Positions 63,338 to 64,000 of a stretch of DNA of 64,000 nucleotides are shown here, piece after piece (position 1 is the first letter of the stretch; every line of letters begins with the position of its first letter). Origin of the DNA: an uncultured Chloroflexia bacterium. GTDB taxonomy: Bacteria > Chloroflexota > Dehalococcoidia > DSTF01 > JALHUB01. The position numbers and the translations under genes are program-made. The notes below the pieces were generated by a model. It saw only the letters and a program-made list of their open reading frames with translations. It searched no databases and was not told where the DNA came from. The stretch lies in NCBI GenBank assembly GCA_963726245.1, contig CAVSBT010000037.1:139532-203531 (forward strand), written 5' to 3'.

Positions 63338-64000
63338 CTACGGCGGCCCGGCGCAGCTCAAGCCGCTCTGCGCCAGGACCGCCAGCACGTCGCTCAAGTC
63401 TATGGCGCCGTTCGGCGGGCCCGCGTCCCACGGCGGGTTTTGGTTGGGGCTGGGGATTGATTGTAGCACAGGCCTTCCTTGTCTAGGACCGTATCCCCGT
63501 TCCAGTCACAGGAGCCTTTGATGATGTCGTAGGCCACGCCGTTGCCGTTCGCAGCCTGGCCCGCGTTTGCGCCGGCGTAGAACAGCACGGCCAGCACGTC
63601 GGCGATGTCGATAGCCCGGTTCCGGGGGCCGTTGGGCGCCGGGGCCCGGTTGGCCGGCACGGGCACGTCGTAGAAGTCCCAGTGGAACAGCGGGTTGTAG
63701 GCGCCGGTAGCTCCCGGCTTCGGCGGCAGCGCCCCCGCGGGCTCCTCGCTGTCCGCGCAGCCGTCCTTATCGGTGTCCCTGACACAGGGGTCAGTGCCCA
63801 TCGCGAACTCCTGGGCATCCGTGAGCATGTCGCCGTCCCAGTCAGACGGCGGAGCCCCGAGCGGCAAGCAGGTCTGCTGCTGCTCCCACTGGTCGGGCAG
63901 GCCGTCCATGTCGTTGTCCGTCCACTGAGGCTGCACGTAGCACTTGAGCGCGTCCAGGTCGTCCGTTTCAGCAGTCCCAGGCTGGCGGCGGGGTAGGCCA
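63338..64000 (-). CDS. C-terminal part of another TSP3-like and long dockerin-like protein (5' end beyond window; frameshifts)
   Basis: DNDMDGLPDQWE, DTDKDGCADSEE, WDFYDVPVPAN, AIDIADVLAVL, ...DLSDVLAVLAQSGLSC. Confidence 0.82.

Overview
High-GC bacterial sequence, most consistent with an uncultured Chloroflexota (Dehalococcoidia-like) genome. That assignment is an inference from gene content. Many genes carry single-base frameshifts, including essential dnaE, so this looks like an error-prone long-read consensus, and genes were reconstructed across frames. Positions 1-13.8 kb are housekeeping: an ArsA-family ATPase end, an SDR, dnaE, a spermidine-synthase-like membrane protein, an Nfu-domain protein, thrB/lysC, small membrane proteins and two tRNA-Ser. 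From 14 kb to the window end lies a ~50 kb cell-surface locus of about 25 secreted proteins built from shared, shuffled modules. The modules are two cohesin-like families, two dockerin-like families, an uncharacterised ~85-aa C-terminal domain in 8 copies, Pro/Thr linkers, TSP3-like Ca-binding repeats, CSLREA/beta-helix, DUF11-like and DUF4114-like domains. The locus also has a four-cohesin membrane-anchored scaffoldin-like gene, two class F sortases with candidate substrates, and an ECF sigma/anti-sigma pair with a recognisable AAC-N17-CGTTCT promoter motif. No glycoside hydrolase is visible, so this may be a non-cellulosomal cohesin-dockerin envelope or S-layer assembly system. A phage/plasmid-like remnant (21.9-25.4 kb) and a complete IS with a 6-bp target duplication (51.2-52.5 kb) interrupt it. 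Small palindromic repeats are scattered throughout.
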